This document shows positions 22,409-24,000 of a stretch of DNA of 24,000 bases, one piece after another. Each line of letters opens with the position of its first letter. Within the stretch, counting starts at the first letter, position 1. The notes under the pieces are model-generated. The model saw nothing but the letters and a program-made list of their open reading frames with translations, did no database searches and was not told where the DNA came from. Origin of the DNA: Bacillota bacterium (GTDB lineage: Bacteria > Bacillota > Dethiobacteria > DTU022); NCBI GenBank assembly GCA_029782095.1, contig JAKOVL010000223.1, positions 34,637-58,636 on the forward strand. The letters are read 5' to 3'. The position numbers were made by a program, and so were the translations under genes.

Positions 22409-22953
22409 AAACAGAGATAGATCTGCGCCCCCGGGAGTACATGCTAGCCTGGTATAAACGGCGCCGCCGCCCGCTCCTGGTGCTTATCGCCGTTATTGCC
22501 GCTGCAAGCATACTGCTCTGCACCGCTCTGTGCGAGAAACACCTTGAGCGCAGCGCCGCGGCCAACAGGAGGCTGCGCCAGGCCAACGCACTTCTGGCTG
22601 AAGAGGCGGCGCCCCTGATGCGGCTGGAAGCAGACATCGCCATTCTCAAAGAAAAAGCGGCACTGGAGGAAGCCCTGCGCCGGCAGCAAATCCCCTGGAG
22701 CGATATCCTGCGCCGCGCGGAGGCTGCTCTGCCGGAAGGTTTATACCTCTCATCGTTCAGTGCCGGCGGGCAAGGCCGTCTCACCATAACCGGCCGCGGC
22801 CAGGCCATGCCGCAAGTGGCTTCCTTCAGCCAGGCCTTAAGCGCCCTGGGCTATTTCAGCAGCGTCACTGTCAGCCGCATCGAACGGGAGGCGGAAGGCA
22901 GTTACCGCTTTGTGTTCGAGGTTGAATTGATGATAGCAGGCGGGGATGATTGA
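22396..22953 (+). CDS. pilN: PilN-like pilus assembly protein
   Basis: IDLRPREY plus a basic stretch, a single TM segment, a coiled coil and a C-terminal ferredoxin-like region. The alternative start GTG 22405 overlaps the pilM stop (GTGA). Confidence 0.75.
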   Translation: MGRVKTEIDLRPREYMLAWYKRRRRPLLVLIAVIAAASILLCTALCEKHLERSAAANRRLRQANALLAEEAAPLMRLEADIAILKEKAALEEALRRQQIPWSDILRRAEAALPEGLYLSSFSAGGQGRLTITGRGQAMPQVASFSQALSALGYFSSVTVSRIEREAEGSYRFVFEVELMIAGGDD

Positions 22954-23015
22954 GGCAGGAAACAGGCGCGGTGTGCAACCGGCTTGGGAAGGAATAAAGG
23001 AATTCAAAAATCAAT

Positions 23016-23357
23016 AAGCCAGAAGCCGGAATACGGAAACCAGAGGTAAGCAGTTTAAAGTCGGGGATCCGAAAGTCCCCTCCCCCCTGGTGGGGGAGGG
23101 TTAGGGTGGGGGGGATCATGCCCAAACGCCCCCTCTCCCCGACCCTCTCCCACCAGGGGAGAGGGAGAATAAAGCGGGCAAAGCCAACCTTTATGCGGCT
23201 TAAGGGAACTAGAAGCCAGGAAAAGGTTTTTAAGATGAGATAAACAGCGCCGACAACTATAGATGGCAGAAGCAAAGGAATAAGGAGGTTTTTTTTCTAA
23301 CCTCCAACCTCTTACCTCTAACTTCTAAAATCGACCCTCTCCCACCAGGGGAGAGGG
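23016..23357 (+). repeat. Composite mosaic repeat, copy L5, with the full architecture. Modules: H 23016-23050, B 23078-23165, C 23197-23281, orphan SD plus T-run 23282-23296, A 23297-23328, D 23335-23357.
   Basis: Every module recurs elsewhere in the window (see the other repeat features). P1 CCCTCCCCC/GGGGGAGGG, P2 CCCTCTCCC/GGGAGAGGG and the D hairpin are each perfect 9-bp palindromic stems. Confidence 0.85.
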
Positions 23358-23385
23358 AGAAAAAGACTGGGAATGAGCGGTTAAA

Positions 23386-23991
23386 ATGAAATTAGCGAGT
23401 AAATTGAACTTGAGCAAACGGGAAGCGCTGCTGCTGCTGGCGGCGATCTTGCTGGCCTTCTCCCTGGCCGGCTGGCGCTGCCTTGTGGCTCCCCTGCTGC
23501 ATACCGCCTCAGAGCTGCGCCTTGAGCGGGAATCCCTGCTGCAAGAACAAAAACAGCTGCAAGGGCGGCTGCAGCGCAAAGGCGACCTCTTCGTCGCTGC
23601 CGAGCGGTGGCAGGACCGCGCGGCAGAGCTGCATAGGGCCCTCCCCGCCCCGGAAGATCTGCCGAAAGTGCTGGAAAATCTGGAAGCACTGCTCCATCAA
23701 TCTCCAGTTATAGTTCATACACTCCAAGCCGCAGAGCCGGAAACAGAAGAAAACTATGCCGCCCTGCCGCTGCAGCTGCGTGTTTCCGGGGAGCCGGCCG
23801 CCCTGCTGGATTTGCTGGAGCAGCTGGAGCAGTTCGAATCCCTGCTGTTGGTGGATCAGCTCGGCTGGTCCCGTGAAAGTGAAACCGGGGCTTCGCTGGA
23901 GCTATCTTTCCGTTTAATCTTGCATCCATCTTCCCAGCCGGCTGGCAGCTATCCCGCTGAGGAAGGCCAAAAAAAAGACTTGGCGGACTAA
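23386..23991 (+). CDS. pilO: PilO-like pilus assembly protein
   Basis: N-terminal TM segment (LLLLAAILLAFSLAG), coiled coil (ELRLERESLLQEQKQLQGRL), then LPAPEDLPKVLENLEALL...LPLQLRVSGEPAALLDLLEQLEQ. This layout is typical of PilO. The SD is weak. Confidence 0.75.
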   Translation: MKLASKLNLSKREALLLLAAILLAFSLAGWRCLVAPLLHTASELRLERESLLQEQKQLQGRLQRKGDLFVAAERWQDRAAELHRALPAPEDLPKVLENLEALLHQSPVIVHTLQAAEPETEENYAALPLQLRVSGEPAALLDLLEQLEQFESLLLVDQLGWSRESETGASLELSFRLILHPSSQPAGSYPAEEGQKKDLAD

Positions 23992-24000
23992 GGCAAGCAT

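Noticed and set aside
19195-23357. Possibility that the recurring repeats form a CRISPR array.
   Set aside because: There are no identical direct repeats at regular 60-75 nt spacing. The copies are kilobases apart, separated by genes, mosaic in content, and not next to any cas genes.
23335-23357. D hairpins (CCCTCTCCC-ACCAG-GGGAGAGGG) as rho-independent terminators.
   Set aside because: They are followed by AGAA(A/T)AAAG on the sense strand. On the other strand the T-run precedes the stem. No U-tract follows the stem in either direction.
22954-23385. Composite repeat as a MITE or IS remnant.
   Set aside because: I could find no terminal inverted repeats that delimit the whole unit, no target-site duplication and no transposase fragment. 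This stays open pending a genome-wide search.

Overview
The window is chromosomal backbone of a GC-rich endospore-forming Firmicute (Clostridia-like; the organism cannot be named without a search). Hand counts of backbone lines give about 63% G+C. All calls rest on protein motifs and repeats recognised by eye; nothing was searched or computed.

Minus strand, right to left:
- aroE, then pilB and a GspH/FimT-like minor pilin, then aroK, aroQ, an M24 Xaa-Pro peptidase and efp.
- An acidic zinc-ribbon protein, then the complete spoIIIAA-AH operon.
- asp23, amaP, a DUF2273 gene, a frameshifted four-helix-bundle gene in a low-GC island, then nusB and a TsaD-family paralog.
- A NuoE-like gene and a partial NuoF-like gene.

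Plus strand from 17.8 kb: pilD, three minor pilins (PilV/GspI-, PilW/GspJ- and PilX/GspK-like), then pilM, pilN and pilO. No pilC, pilT or major pilin lies in the window.

The gene order aroQ-pepP-efp-X-spoIIIA-asp23-nusB matches the Bacillus subtilis yqh region, so insertions stand out.

The most unusual content is non-coding. A modular, mosaic intergenic repeat family occupies six loci, roughly 1.3 kb of the 24 kb. Three of these loci lie inside the type IV pilus operon. Its modules are:
- H: purine-rich 7-nt tandem repeats.
- B: a nested G/C palindrome that carries a canonical G-quadruplex motif.
- C: a connector segment.
- An orphan perfect Shine-Dalgarno sequence plus a U-run.
- A: four CU-rich, anti-SD-like heptads.
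- D: a 9-bp hairpin, CCCTCTCCC-ACCAG-GGGAGAGGG.

All four B-containing copies point the same way as the downstream gene and end 28-140 nt before its start codon. Several stem mismatches are G.U-compatible only on that strand. This suggests an RNA-level element, but it is untested.

Other points:
- PilB carries a complete tandem MshEN c-di-GMP-binding motif.
- One pseudopilin has no canonical start codon for its leader peptide.
- A terminator-shaped hairpin sits between spoIIIAC and spoIIIAD.
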